A stretch of DNA of 63,683 bases, taken from NCBI GenBank assembly GCA_035493135.1, contig DATJIR010000386.1, forward strand, positions 1 through 63,683. Reading direction: 5' to 3'. Shown here piece by piece: positions 47,355 through 56,945 of the stretch (the first letter of the stretch is position 1; every line of letters starts with the position of its first letter). This stretch comes from Verrucomicrobiia bacterium. GTDB lineage: Bacteria > Methylomirabilota > Methylomirabilia > Rokubacteriales > CSP1-6. The notes under the pieces are model-generated. The model had not been told where the DNA came from and searched no databases. It was given only the letters and a program-made list of their open reading frames with translations. The position numbers were made by a program, and so were the translations under genes.

Positions 47355-48233
47355 CTACCAGGTGCCGAGGCGGTAGGTCAGCTCGCCCAGGAGGTCGCGC
47401 CGGTCCCAGACCATGCGGCGCAGCAGATGCCGATACAGTCGCATCTTGGATCGCCGGGACAGGGGCGAGGCGCTCACCGCGGACAGGAACGCGGTATGCC
47501 CACGCCACCGCGTCATCTTGGCGTCTCGCTTGACCGTGCCGTGATAGTGCTTGGCCTGGTGGTCCGGATCGTCGCGCTTCCAGCTCCCCGACGTCTTGTG
47601 AAACCGACGGAAGAAGAGCCGCTCGGGCAGCTCGTGGAACTTCCCGTACAGGGCCAGCTCGGCGAGCAGGTTCACGTCCGAGGCCACGTGGACCCCGAGC
47701 AGGTGGGTCTGACGGAGGCTGGCCATCCGGATCAGGCCGAGATGCTGATGCGCGAGCCCGATGTTCGAGATCACGCCCAGGAAGCGCTCCGCCGGATCCG
47801 GCTGGATCAGGTGCAAATTGTCCTCGACCGGTCTCCGGTTGCCCCCCTCGGCGTCCACGATGAACGTCTTCGGGTAGCACAGCGCGACGGTGGGATCGCG
47901 CTCCATCACTTCGACGGCCCGCTCCAGGAACGTCGGCTCCCAGAAGTCGTCGGCGGTCGACCATTTGAGATATCGCGTCGTGGTGAGCTCGAAGACCCGG
48001 TTGAAGTTGCGCGGGTTGCCGATGTTGGTCGCGTTGCGGAAGTACCGCACGCGTGGATCGGCCGCCGCGTACTCCTCGCAGATGCGCGGCGTCCCGTCGG
48101 TCGAGGCGTTGTCGTTGACGATCAGGACGAAGTCCGAGTAGGTCTGGGCGAGCAGCGAGTCGAGCGACTGGCGGAGGTAGCGTTCCGAGTTGTAGACCGG
48201 CAACCCGATCGTGACGAGAGGAGCGTCGCTCAT
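47355..48233 (-). CDS. Family 2 glycosyltransferase
   Basis: VTIGLPVYNSERYLRQSLDSLLAQTY and VNDNASTDGT are GT2 N-terminal signatures. Confidence 0.85.
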   Translation of the reverse strand: MSDAPLVTIGLPVYNSERYLRQSLDSLLAQTYSDFVLIVNDNASTDGTPRICEEYAAADPRVRYFRNATNIGNPRNFNRVFELTTTRYLKWSTADDFWEPTFLERAVEVMERDPTVALCYPKTFIVDAEGGNRRPVEDNLHLIQPDPAERFLGVISNIGLAHQHLGLIRMASLRQTHLLGVHVASDVNLLAELALYGKFHELPERLFFRRFHKTSGSWKRDDPDHQAKHYHGTVKRDAKMTRWRGHTAFLSAVSASPLSRRSKMRLYRHLLRRMVWDRRDLLGELTYRLGTW

Positions 48234-48244
48234 GGCCTACCGCC

Positions 48245-49555
48245 TCAGGCCGGGCACTTCGCCAGCGCGGTTTCCGCCGCGCGCTCCCCGCTGATGAAGC
48301 TCTCGTCGGTCCACATGTAGCCCCAGTCGCCGTATCGTCCGCAATACGCGATGCCGAGGTCGTCGAGGTAGCCGTGAACCGTCTTCAACGCCTCGGTGCG
48401 CTCGAGATCGAAGATGACGTTCGCGTAGGGGATCACCGTCGCGTGTCGCGTGAGGATCTTGTCGTCGTCGCGGAGGGTCCCGGTCCGCCGCAGATCCTTG
48501 ATCACCACGTCGATCAGATCATCCGGCGACTCGGTGAGCGGGCGATACTTCCGCGAGAAGTAGACCTCGGCCTGGACGCTGCCGCAGCCGGGAGGGGCGT
48601 TGGTGGCCGACAGCATGTGGGGGAAGCTCAGGCGGGTGAAGGCGATGTCCTCGTCGTAGAAGTAGGTGATCTGCGCCTCCGAGAGATCCGAGCGGTCGAC
48701 CCCGACGTCGACGAGCACGCAGGTGGAGCAGGCCAGGCGCTGCGAGGCCTCGACGATGTCCCGCGGGGTGTCCTCGATCATGGGGACGAGCTCCGGGAGG
48801 GGCACCGAGGAGATGAGGGCGTCGTAGCCGGTGGTGACTCCGTTGGCGAAGCGGAGCTCTCGCTGCTGGGGATCCACCGCGACCAGGCGGTGGCCGAGGG
48901 TGAGATCGGCGAGGGCCGGGAGATCCCGCAGGTAGGAGAGGAAGCCTCCGTTGGAGGGATAGCGGAAGTTGGTGATGTAGTGCACGTCGGGCGTCCAGGG
49001 GGCCAGCGCGCCTCGCAGCATCTCGGCGAGGCTCGGCCGGTACATGCGGGGGCCGAGCCAATCGGTGGTCATGTTGGCGGCGGTGGTCAGGTGATACTTC
49101 CGCGTGTACGTCATGGGGAACAGCTCGGCGAACCGCCTCCCGTAGCTCGCGATCAGCCAGTCCTCGTAGTTCGCGATGTGGCGCTCGGGGCCGTGCTGCT
49201 CCTTCACGAAGTCGGTGATGATCTCCACGATCAGATCGTGGGGAAGCTTGTTCAGGTGCAGCTGGACCGGGTGCGTGATCCGGTGCCCGCGCCAGTAGTT
49301 GTTGAGGTTGATCTGGACCGCCTCGTACTTCTGGTCGACGTATTCGGCGAACAGGCTCTGGATGCGCGGGTCCTTCGTGAACGAGATGTGAGGCCCGAGA
49401 TCGAACAGGAAACCGTTCGCGTCGCGGAAGGAGGCGGTGTGGCCCCCGTAGTACGAGTTCTTGTCGAAGAGGGTCGGGCGGATGCCTTCCGCGCGCAGCC
49501 GATACGCGGCGCCGAAGCCGGCCATGCCGGTCCCGAGGACAACGATGTTGGTCAC
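48245..49555 (-). CDS. FAD/NAD(P)-binding oxidoreductase (amine-oxidase / UDP-galactopyranose-mutase-like fold)
   Basis: The GTG start gives MTNIVVLGTGMAGFGAAYRL (a GxGxxG dinucleotide fold). 436 aa. Confidence 0.65.
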   Translation of the reverse strand: MTNIVVLGTGMAGFGAAYRLRAEGIRPTLFDKNSYYGGHTASFRDANGFLFDLGPHISFTKDPRIQSLFAEYVDQKYEAVQINLNNYWRGHRITHPVQLHLNKLPHDLIVEIITDFVKEQHGPERHIANYEDWLIASYGRRFAELFPMTYTRKYHLTTAANMTTDWLGPRMYRPSLAEMLRGALAPWTPDVHYITNFRYPSNGGFLSYLRDLPALADLTLGHRLVAVDPQQRELRFANGVTTGYDALISSVPLPELVPMIEDTPRDIVEASQRLACSTCVLVDVGVDRSDLSEAQITYFYDEDIAFTRLSFPHMLSATNAPPGCGSVQAEVYFSRKYRPLTESPDDLIDVVIKDLRRTGTLRDDDKILTRHATVIPYANVIFDLERTEALKTVHGYLDDLGIAYCGRYGDWGYMWTDESFISGERAAETALAKCPA

Positions 49556-49592
49556 GAGTTAGGGTCTCCTGATCATGGGATCGTCCCGGCGC

Positions 49593-50966
49593 TCACGCGG
49601 TGGGGGAGAGCTGAGGCGTGCGGGGCGTCGACCGGGCCGCGGCGGCAGCCGCGATCGGCCAACGCCGCTGCTGCTCGAGCCAGAGGGTGTCGCTGAGCCG
49701 GGTGGGCGGCAGCTGCACGTCGTCGAAGGACACGACCGCGTCCTTGGCGATGTCGCGGAGCAGCACGCAATCGTCCGACAGGGCGATCGGCAGCGCGTTC
49801 ACCGCGCGCGCCGCCGCGCGGTTGTCGATGAGGCCGTAGGCGCAGAAGCCCCCGACCCCGTCCAGGCGCTCGCCGGCCCGGAGGGCCCGCTTGGCGACCG
49901 TGACGACCTCGCACGAGGGCCCGGCCAGCGGAGCCACGGTGGGATCGGCGTGAATGACGGCCCGGGCGATCGTCGACGGAAGCTGGATGTGGGGGAGGTG
50001 AAACGGGGTGTAGAAGACGTAGAACGGGCCGTCACCGAGCTTGTAGTAGGCGAGCTGGGTTCGCTTGTACGGGTTCTCCTCGTGCACCACGACGAACCCG
50101 CCGGTATGAGGAGAGGCGCCCACCGAGTAGTCGACGATGCCGCCGGCGAGCATGGCTTCCGGGGGCAGGAGCTTGGCCAGATCTCGGACGTAGCCGCACG
50201 CGGGGCCGGTCATGCCGCGCCGGGCGACGCCGAAGCCGGTGGCATTCGCCAGGACCGTGGTCTCCATCGACAGCTTGGTTGCGTCGGCGAAGGACGTCAC
50301 CTTGCGGACGTCCTGGTCGTGCTGGGCGGCGAAGTTGCGCTGGGTATCGGGCGTCCGGTAGTAGTCGACCATGCCCTTGATGTTCCCGGCCGCGACCGGG
50401 CGAAGGCCGACCGACTGGACGTAGCGGACCAGGGTCATCGCGACCCCCGGCTCGTCGCCGTCGGTGTGAGTCAGCACGACGCCCGCCTCGTCCGCCTTGA
50501 CCTTGAGGATCGGGCCGATGAGCGAGTCCAGCTCCGCGTTCACCAGCACCACCGGCTTGCGGTGCTTGAACCCGTCGAGCGCGACGCTGGCCGCGAAGTC
50601 GACGGTCCCGGTCACCTCGACGATCAGGTCGATCGCGTGACAGCGCGTCAGGACCTGGGCATCCTCGGTGAGCACCGGGATGCCGCGCGAGATGCGCTCC
50701 TCCGCTCTGGCCGGCGTGTCCGCGGCCGCCCATTCGCCGATGCCGGCTTCCCGGAAGGCGCGCTCGGCGTGCTGCGGCGTCCGGTTGGCGATGCCGGCGA
50801 GCCGCATGCCCGGCACCGGCGTCCCGAGCTGAAGAGCGATCGCGCGGCCGGTCGCGCCCGCTCCGACGACCCCGACCCGGATCGGCCGATTCTCGGCCTC
50901 GCGGAGCCGCAGGACGTTGTAGACGGCCATGTTGGGGGCGGGCTGGTAGTTGGGCTCGGGGCTCAT
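49593..50966 (-). CDS. NAD(P)-dependent oxidoreductase with C-terminal SAF domain (homoserine-dehydrogenase-like, COG4091-type)
   Basis: IRVGVVGAGATGRAIA forms a Rossmann fold, and the C-terminal segment VVTVAKRALRAGERLDGVGG is SAF-like. There is an ATGA overlap with the epimerase gene. Confidence 0.6.
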   Translation of the reverse strand: MSPEPNYQPAPNMAVYNVLRLREAENRPIRVGVVGAGATGRAIALQLGTPVPGMRLAGIANRTPQHAERAFREAGIGEWAAADTPARAEERISRGIPVLTEDAQVLTRCHAIDLIVEVTGTVDFAASVALDGFKHRKPVVLVNAELDSLIGPILKVKADEAGVVLTHTDGDEPGVAMTLVRYVQSVGLRPVAAGNIKGMVDYYRTPDTQRNFAAQHDQDVRKVTSFADATKLSMETTVLANATGFGVARRGMTGPACGYVRDLAKLLPPEAMLAGGIVDYSVGASPHTGGFVVVHEENPYKRTQLAYYKLGDGPFYVFYTPFHLPHIQLPSTIARAVIHADPTVAPLAGPSCEVVTVAKRALRAGERLDGVGGFCAYGLIDNRAAARAVNALPIALSDDCVLLRDIAKDAVVSFDDVQLPPTRLSDTLWLEQQRRWPIAAAAAARSTPRTPQLSPTA

Positions 50967-51514
50967 GCGGGTCTCCGTTCGTAGGTCGGATCGACGAGGG
51001 GCCAGCCGCGGTCCTGGTCAGAGATCGAAGAGGCGGGTAGGGGCCAGCGCACCCCGAACGCCGGATCATCGTGCCTGACTCCGCGCGCCTGCCCCGGGGA
51101 ATAGAACGTCGAGGTCATGTAGTAGATCTCGGTATTGTCCTCCATCGCCTGGCACCCGTGCGCGCAGCCTTCCGGGACGTAGAGCATGCGTCCATTCTCG
51201 GCGGTAAGCTCGACGCCATGCCACGCCCGGTAGGTCGGCGACTCCGGTCGAAGATCCACGACGACGTCGAAGATGGCGCCCGAGGTGCAGCGAACGAGCT
51301 TCGCCTCGAGGGCCGGCGCCACCTGGTAGTGCAGACCCCGGATGGTGCCCCGACGGGTGCTGAACCCCATGTTGGCCTGGACCGGGGTGAAGTCGATCCC
51401 GTGGTCGCTGAACTCGCGTAGACACCAGGCGCGCATGAACCGACCCCGGTCGTCCTTGTGCGGGGCCGGGTCGATGACCCAGGCCCCGAGAACGCTACTT
51501 TCCTGAAAGTGCAT
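50963..51514 (-). CDS. rmlC: dTDP-4-dehydrorhamnose 3,5-epimerase-like (RmlC cupin)
   Basis: 183 aa from ATG 51514 (AGGAGAGG RBS). FxDxRG (HKDDRGRF), RGLHYQ and the AHGCQA-type motifs are present. Confidence 0.8.
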   Translation of the reverse strand: MHFQESSVLGAWVIDPAPHKDDRGRFMRAWCLREFSDHGIDFTPVQANMGFSTRRGTIRGLHYQVAPALEAKLVRCTSGAIFDVVVDLRPESPTYRAWHGVELTAENGRMLYVPEGCAHGCQAMEDNTEIYYMTSTFYSPGQARGVRHDDPAFGVRWPLPASSISDQDRGWPLVDPTYERRPA

Positions 51515-51777
51515 CACCTCTCCTGTGCCATCGGGAGCGAACGCCAGGCAGTCGGGCTCGCCTCGGAGCCCGAGTGTGCAAGCGAGGTGCCACGGCGAGG
51601 ACGGATCGTTGCAGCAACTGTATGATTCTAAAGACTTAAATAGTCGGCCGGGAGTGTACTTGATTCGCGTCATTGGGAAAACTACGTCCTGATGGCGCCG
51701 AATGTTGCATCCCGAGCGCGGCTCGCGACTCAAAACATGATTCAAGTCGGGGACTTCTCACCGGCTATGCGGTGCAA

Positions 51778-51806
51778 GGGTTGCGTGCGCCGCTGCGGCG
51801 CAACCC
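51778..51806 (-). terminator. GC-rich hairpin downstream of the CoA-transferase gene
   Basis: gggttgcg (51778-51785) pairs with cgcaaccc (51799-51806). It lies 24-52 nt after the TAG stop at 51830-51832 and has no clear U-tract. Confidence 0.4.
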
Positions 51807-51829
51807 ATGGCGACGAGACGGCTCGCTCC

Positions 51830-53026
51830 CTATCCCGAGGTCCGGGTGGCGCCGGCGGCGAGCAGGGCGGAGATCTCCCCCTCGGTGAGCCCGATCTCGG
51901 CGAGGACCTCCATGCTGTGCTCTCCCAGCCGGGGCGGCAGCCGCCGGATCGCGCCCGGCGTCTTGCCGTAGGTGGCGGGCAGGCCGGGCAGGCGCATCGT
52001 GCCCTCGGTCGGGTGCTCGACCATCTGCCAGAAGCCCACCGCCTCCAGGTGCGGGTCGTGGAGCAGCGACTCGAGCGTGTTGACGCTCATCGCCGGGATG
52101 TTGCGCCGGTCCAGCTCGGCCAGCCACTCGGCGTTCGTCCGGGTGGGGGCGATCTTGGCCAGCTCCTCGTACAGCACCTCGATGTGCCGGAGCCGCGTGG
52201 CGAGGGTCCGGTAGCGCGGATCGTCGAGCAGATCGTGCCGGCCCGCGAGGGTGAAGAAGTCGCGCCAGTTCTGGTCGGTGTAGGGGAGGATCGCGAGGTA
52301 GCCGTCCCGGGTCTTGAAGGGTCGGCGATTCGGATTGAGGAACCGCTTGTAGCCGATCGTGTCCACCGGCGGCGCGAACGTCTCGCCGTAGAGGTGCTCG
52401 ACCATGACCCAGGCGGCCATGCTCTCGAACATCGGGACCTCGACCTCCTGGCCCTCTCCGGTGCGCGCCTTGTGGTAGAGCGCGGCGAGGACCGCGGCCA
52501 GCACCGTCATCGAGCTCGACTTGTCGGCGACGATCGTCGGCACGTAGCGCGGCTCGCCCACGATCGAAGCCTGGAGCGAGGCCAGACCGGAGGCGGCCTG
52601 GATGATGTCGTCGTAGGCCGGCTTGTCGCCGTAGGGACCGCTGGCCCGGAAGCCGTAGGTGCCCACGTAGACGAGGCCGGGATTGACCGCGCGGAACGTC
52701 TCGTACGACATGCCGAGCCGCCGCGCCGCCTGGGGCCGGTAGTTGTGCAGCAGGACGTCGGCGTCCTCGGCGAGCCGGAGCAGGACCTGGCGGGCGGCCT
52801 CCTGCTTGAGGTCGAGCACGATCGAGCGCTTGTTGCGGTTGACCGCGAGGTAGAACGCGCCCATCGCGGGGTTACGCATCGGGCCGAGCTGCCGCGTGGT
52901 GTCGCCCTCGGGCGGCTCGACCTTGATCACGTCGGCGCCGAGGTCGCCGAGCTGCTGGGCCGCCCACGGGCCCAGCACCACCGTCGTGCAGTCCACCACC
53001 CGGACGCCGTGGAGCGGCCCCGACAC
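51830..53026 (-). CDS. Family III CoA-transferase (CaiB/BaiF-like)
   Basis: 398 aa, opening PLHGVRVVDCTTVVLGPWAAQQLGDLGADVIKVEPP. Confidence 0.85.
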   Translation of the reverse strand: MSGPLHGVRVVDCTTVVLGPWAAQQLGDLGADVIKVEPPEGDTTRQLGPMRNPAMGAFYLAVNRNKRSIVLDLKQEAARQVLLRLAEDADVLLHNYRPQAARRLGMSYETFRAVNPGLVYVGTYGFRASGPYGDKPAYDDIIQAASGLASLQASIVGEPRYVPTIVADKSSSMTVLAAVLAALYHKARTGEGQEVEVPMFESMAAWVMVEHLYGETFAPPVDTIGYKRFLNPNRRPFKTRDGYLAILPYTDQNWRDFFTLAGRHDLLDDPRYRTLATRLRHIEVLYEELAKIAPTRTNAEWLAELDRRNIPAMSVNTLESLLHDPHLEAVGFWQMVEHPTEGTMRLPGLPATYGKTPGAIRRLPPRLGEHSMEVLAEIGLTEGEISALLAAGATRTSG

Positions 53027-53042
53027 CGCGCGGTCCCCCCGG

Positions 53043-53867
53043 TCAGGCGCCCCCGGTGACGACGAGCGTCTGGCCGCTGACGAAGTCGCTGTCCGGGCTG
53101 CAGAAGAGGTAGATGGCGCCCGCCGCCTCCTCGGGCAGCCCGCCGCGGCCGAGCGGGATCATCTGGTTCATGGCCGCGATGCGCGCGCCCTGCACGCCGA
53201 CCTTCAGCTGACGACCGGCGACGTCGATCGTCCCGGCCTCGCCCTCGGCGAGCGGCTTGGTCAGGCGGGTCTGGATGTAGCCGAAGGCCACGCAGTTCAC
53301 GGTGACCGCGTAGCGGCCCCACTCCTTGGCGAGGGTGCGGGTCATGCCGGTCACCGCGGCCTTGGCGGAGGAGTAGTTCACCTGGCCCGCGTTGCCGCGC
53401 ACCCCGGAGGTGGAGGAGACCTGCACGACTTTTCGGACGATTCGTGCACCGCGGGCCGACTCCGCCTCGAACTGGGACCGGAGGTACGGGGCGAACGACC
53501 GGAGGATGCGGAAGGGCGCGGTCACGTGGACGTCCATGATCGCGTACCACTGCTCGTCGGTCATCTTCTGGATCACGTTGTCCCAGGTGTAGCCCGCGTT
53601 GTTCACGATCACGTGGAGCCCACCGAGCTGTCGGACCGCGGTGTCGACGATGCGGTCGCCGAAGTCCTTGGCGGTCACGTCGCCGTTGCACGCCACCGCC
53701 CGGCCGCCGGCCCGCTCGATGAGCGCGATGGTCTCCCGGGCCGGCGCGTCGTCGAGGTCGTTCACCACCACCGCCGCGCCGTCGCGCGCGAGCCGCAGCG
53801 CCACCTGCTGGCCGATGCCCCGACCCGAGCCGGTCACGATCGCCACCTTGCCGTCGAGCTGTCCCAT
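53043..53867 (-). CDS. Short-chain dehydrogenase/reductase (SDR)
   Basis: KVAIVTGSGRGIGQ (TGxxxGxG), NNAG, and Y-x3-K in YSSAKAA. Confidence 0.85.
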   Translation of the reverse strand: MGQLDGKVAIVTGSGRGIGQQVALRLARDGAAVVVNDLDDAPARETIALIERAGGRAVACNGDVTAKDFGDRIVDTAVRQLGGLHVIVNNAGYTWDNVIQKMTDEQWYAIMDVHVTAPFRILRSFAPYLRSQFEAESARGARIVRKVVQVSSTSGVRGNAGQVNYSSAKAAVTGMTRTLAKEWGRYAVTVNCVAFGYIQTRLTKPLAEGEAGTIDVAGRQLKVGVQGARIAAMNQMIPLGRGGLPEEAAGAIYLFCSPDSDFVSGQTLVVTGGA

Positions 53868-53959
53868 GTCGCCCCGCCTCCTCGCGGTGATCGCGGCCGA
53901 TCATACACGATCCGCCCGGCCCTGGCCCTGGATCGCCGCCTTGGGTAGAATCGCCGGTC

Positions 53960-54832
53960 ATGAACACCCTCGCGGTGGGCCGCGTACGCGTCGCCGCGGT
54001 CGTGGAGACCGCCGGGCCGACGCGTCCGACGTGGCTCTTCCCGGCCGCGACGCCCGAGGCGCTCGCGCCGCACCGGGCATGGCTGGCCCCCCACTTCATC
54101 GACGCGGAGGGGCGGCTGCGGCAGAGCGTCCACACCTTCGTGGTCAAGACGCCCGACCTGACCGTCCTCGTCGACACCTGCATCGGCAACGACAAGGACC
54201 GGGGCGGCCGGCGTCCGTTCCACATGCTGCGTACCACGTTCCTCGAGGAGCTGCGCGCCGGCGGGGTGGCGCCGGAGGACGTCGACGTGGTGATCTGCAC
54301 CCACCTGCACGTCGATCACGTCGGTTGGAACACCCGCCTCGCCGACGGTCGCTGGGTGCCCACGTTTCCCCGCGCCCGCTACCTGTTCGCCCGGCGGGAG
54401 TGGGTGCACTGGACGTCCGAGGAGGACGACGGGACGAAGCGCATCCTGGCCGACAGCGTGGCCCCGGTGCTGGACGCGGGCCTGGCCGACCTGGTGGAGA
54501 TGGACCACCGGGTCTCGGACGCCGTCTGGCTCGAGCCGACCCCCGGGCACACCCCGGGGCACGTGAGCGTGCGCCTCGCCTCCGACGGGGCCGACGCGGT
54601 GATCACCGGAGATCTCATGCACCACCCGGTCCAGGTCGCGGAGCCCGCGTGGCAGAGCGCCTTCGACACCGATCCGGCCCAGGCCCGGGAGACGCGACGC
54701 GCGTTCTGCGCGCGCTTCGCCGACCGGCCGGTCACCGTGCTCGGCACCCACTTCCACCATCCGACCGCGGGGCGCATCGTGAGCGATCGGAAGGCGGACG
54801 CATGGCGCTTCGTGGTGGGCGAGCCGCGCTGA
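53960..54832 (+). CDS. MBL-fold metallo-hydrolase (lactonase-like)
   Basis: HxHxDH in CTHLHVDHVGW, followed by PTPGHTPGH. Confidence 0.8.
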   Translation: MNTLAVGRVRVAAVVETAGPTRPTWLFPAATPEALAPHRAWLAPHFIDAEGRLRQSVHTFVVKTPDLTVLVDTCIGNDKDRGGRRPFHMLRTTFLEELRAGGVAPEDVDVVICTHLHVDHVGWNTRLADGRWVPTFPRARYLFARREWVHWTSEEDDGTKRILADSVAPVLDAGLADLVEMDHRVSDAVWLEPTPGHTPGHVSVRLASDGADAVITGDLMHHPVQVAEPAWQSAFDTDPAQARETRRAFCARFADRPVTVLGTHFHHPTAGRIVSDRKADAWRFVVGEPR

Positions 54833-54844
54833 GACGCGTCGACG

Positions 54845-54876
54845 CCCTTGACAAGGGCGCGGCGCGCGTACTAATA
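54845..54876 (+). promoter_or_regulatory. Promoter and palindromic operator candidate upstream of the MarR gene
   Basis: The palindrome cccttg-a-caaggg (54845-54857) contains TTGACA (54848-54853). A -10-like tactaat lies at 54869-54875. Confidence 0.4.
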
Positions 54877-54895
54877 CACGGTTCAAGTTCAAAGC

Positions 54896-55414
54896 ATGGC
54901 CACCCACTACCGGGGTAGCCCGCAGGAGCGGGCCGCGCTCGACACCTACATCAAGCTGATGCGCGCGGCCGACTCGGTGACCGCGCGCCTCGATCCGCTG
55001 ATGCGCGCCGCCGGCCTCACGCCGGGCCAGTTCGGCACCCTCGAGGCGCTCCTGCACCTCGGGCCGCTCTGCCAGCGGGACCTGGGCCGCAAGCTCCTCC
55101 GCAGCGGCGGCAACATCACGGTCGTGGTCGGCAACCTCGCCCGACGGGGGCTGGTGCGCCGCGCCCGGGGCCCGCGGGACCGGCGGTTCGTCACCGTCAC
55201 CCTCACCGACAAGGGTCGTCGATTGATCGGCGGACTCTTCCCTCGCCACGTGCGGCACGTGGTGAGCGAGATGCGCGCGCTCTCGGCCCGGGAGCAGGCG
55301 GAGCTGGCCCGGCTCTGCCGGCAGCTCGGACTGCGCCGGCGCGCGGAGCGCGCCCGAAAGGAGATTGGCAATGGCGCTACACCACACCCGCTTCGGCTCG
55401 CTCGCGCACTATGA
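54896..55414 (+). CDS. MarR family transcriptional regulator
   Basis: A winged-helix segment is present (LTPGQFGTLEALLHLGPLCQRDLGRKLLRSGGNITVVVGNLARRGLVRR...DRRFV). The 3' end overlaps the next gene by 44 nt. Confidence 0.8.
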   Translation: MATHYRGSPQERAALDTYIKLMRAADSVTARLDPLMRAAGLTPGQFGTLEALLHLGPLCQRDLGRKLLRSGGNITVVVGNLARRGLVRRARGPRDRRFVTVTLTDKGRRLIGGLFPRHVRHVVSEMRALSAREQAELARLCRQLGLRRRAERARKEIGNGATPHPLRLARAL

Positions 55415-55895
55415 GAAGGGCGGCGTCGAGGTCATCAAGGATGACGCCCGCAACTACGTCTTCTCGAACGTGTTCGAGGTCGCCTCGAAGGCCCGACCGT
55501 ACGAGAAGGTCGCGGTCGGCAAGAACATCGAGTACGTGATCGAGGCCATCCGCGCCGAGGGCACCTCCGGCTGGCGGGTGGCGTGCCAGGACGAGTTCGC
55601 GCTGGTGATGGACGGAGAGGTCGAGGTGCGCCTCCGGAAGCCCGACGACGCGTCGCTCGCGCCGGCGGGGAGCCACGGGTCGATCCCCCTCGCGGCGGCT
55701 CCCGCCGGACGCACGATGGGGCGGGTGCGGGCCCGGCGCGGCCACATGACGCTGCTGCCCGCGGGCGCGGCCTACCAGTTCCACGCCGGGGGCCCGAGCG
55801 TGATCCTGCTCCAGACCCTCGCCGGCCGCGACACGGTGGAGCGCTGGGCCGAGATCTGCCAGACGATGCCCCGGCCCCAGGAGGTGACGCGATGA
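55371..55895 (+). CDS. Small subunit of a two-subunit cupin dioxygenase (hydroquinone 1,2-dioxygenase PnpC/HapC/HqdA-like)
   Basis: 174 aa. ATG 55371 lies 7 nt after AGGAG, and there is an ATGA overlap with the large-subunit gene. The size and pairing match the two-subunit hydroquinone dioxygenases, but the identity is inferred. Confidence 0.45.
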   Translation: MALHHTRFGSLAHYEKGGVEVIKDDARNYVFSNVFEVASKARPYEKVAVGKNIEYVIEAIRAEGTSGWRVACQDEFALVMDGEVEVRLRKPDDASLAPAGSHGSIPLAAAPAGRTMGRVRARRGHMTLLPAGAAYQFHAGGPSVILLQTLAGRDTVERWAEICQTMPRPQEVTR

Positions 55896-56878
55896 GCCCC
55901 GACACGCTTCCCGAGCTCGGCAGCATCGAGCCCAACGCGCACGGCTACAAGGACTTCGCGCTGGGCAAGTTCTCGTTCGCCCGGGACGAGTATTTCGTCC
56001 ACGTGCGCTGGCCCAACGGCACCCACCTGCTCGCGGTGGACGCGTTCCTCCGGGCGATCCAGCGCGACGTGGCGTGGGGCTTCTTCTACGGTATCGTCAA
56101 CTTCGACACCGTGCTCGGGACCGTGAACCACTACGGCACCGTGGACCTCTTCGCGGGCCGGTTCAACGCTCAGTACCGCCAGGCCGGGCTCGACTACTCG
56201 GAGAACTTCAAGACCGACGCGATCAGCCGGCTCTTCGAGGCGATGCTGCTCGACTGGACCAACGCCCCGTTCGACCCCTTCGCCTCGCCCGAGGAGACCG
56301 GCAGTGCCTTCGGGCCCAAGAACGGGAGCAACAAGCGGGCGATCACCCGGCACCGGGTCACCGCCCGGCGGATGATCGGCGCGCCGGGCGACGAGCCGGT
56401 CCGCACCGACGACAACGGCTTCCCGGTCAACCGCCACTTCACCGACGTGCCGCAGGACGCCCCCGAGGTCCACGCGGAGCCGGGCTTCGAGGACCAGGTG
56501 GTGTCGGTCAACCTCTTCGCCTACCTCTCGCGCTCCGACGTGACCTGGAACCCGTCGGTGGTGTCGGTGTGCAAGAACAGCCTCTACTGCCCGACCACCG
56601 AGGAGTACATCCTGCCCATCATCCACGGCAACGACCGCGTGGAGTGGTTCGTGCAGCTCAGCGACGAGATCCAGTGGGAGGTGGAGGACCGCGACACCGG
56701 CGCGGTGCGGGCGCGGGTCACCATGAAGGCGGGCGACGTGGCCGCGATGCCCGCCGACATCCGCCACCGGGGCTTCTCGCCCAAGCGCTCCATGCTCCTG
56801 GTGTGGGAGAACGCCTCCCCGGAGCTGCCCGCGCTCTACGCCGCCGGCAAGATGCCGCCGGCGCCCGTGCAGTTCTAG
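55892..56878 (+). CDS. Large subunit of a two-subunit cupin dioxygenase (hydroquinone 1,2-dioxygenase PnpD/HapD/HqdB-like)
   Basis: 328 aa. The C-terminal cupin carries H245-x-N247-x3-E251 and H292 (IIHGNDRVEW...ADIRHRG). This is the same spacing as the Fe(II) ligands I recall for PnpD. Confidence 0.55.
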   Translation: MSPDTLPELGSIEPNAHGYKDFALGKFSFARDEYFVHVRWPNGTHLLAVDAFLRAIQRDVAWGFFYGIVNFDTVLGTVNHYGTVDLFAGRFNAQYRQAGLDYSENFKTDAISRLFEAMLLDWTNAPFDPFASPEETGSAFGPKNGSNKRAITRHRVTARRMIGAPGDEPVRTDDNGFPVNRHFTDVPQDAPEVHAEPGFEDQVVSVNLFAYLSRSDVTWNPSVVSVCKNSLYCPTTEEYILPIIHGNDRVEWFVQLSDEIQWEVEDRDTGAVRARVTMKAGDVAAMPADIRHRGFSPKRSMLLVWENASPELPALYAAGKMPPAPVQF

Positions 56879-56945
56879 ACCGCTGAATTCGAGTCCGGAG
56901 GGACGGCCGGGGCATATATAGTAACGGTCGGAGGATCGAGCCCCG

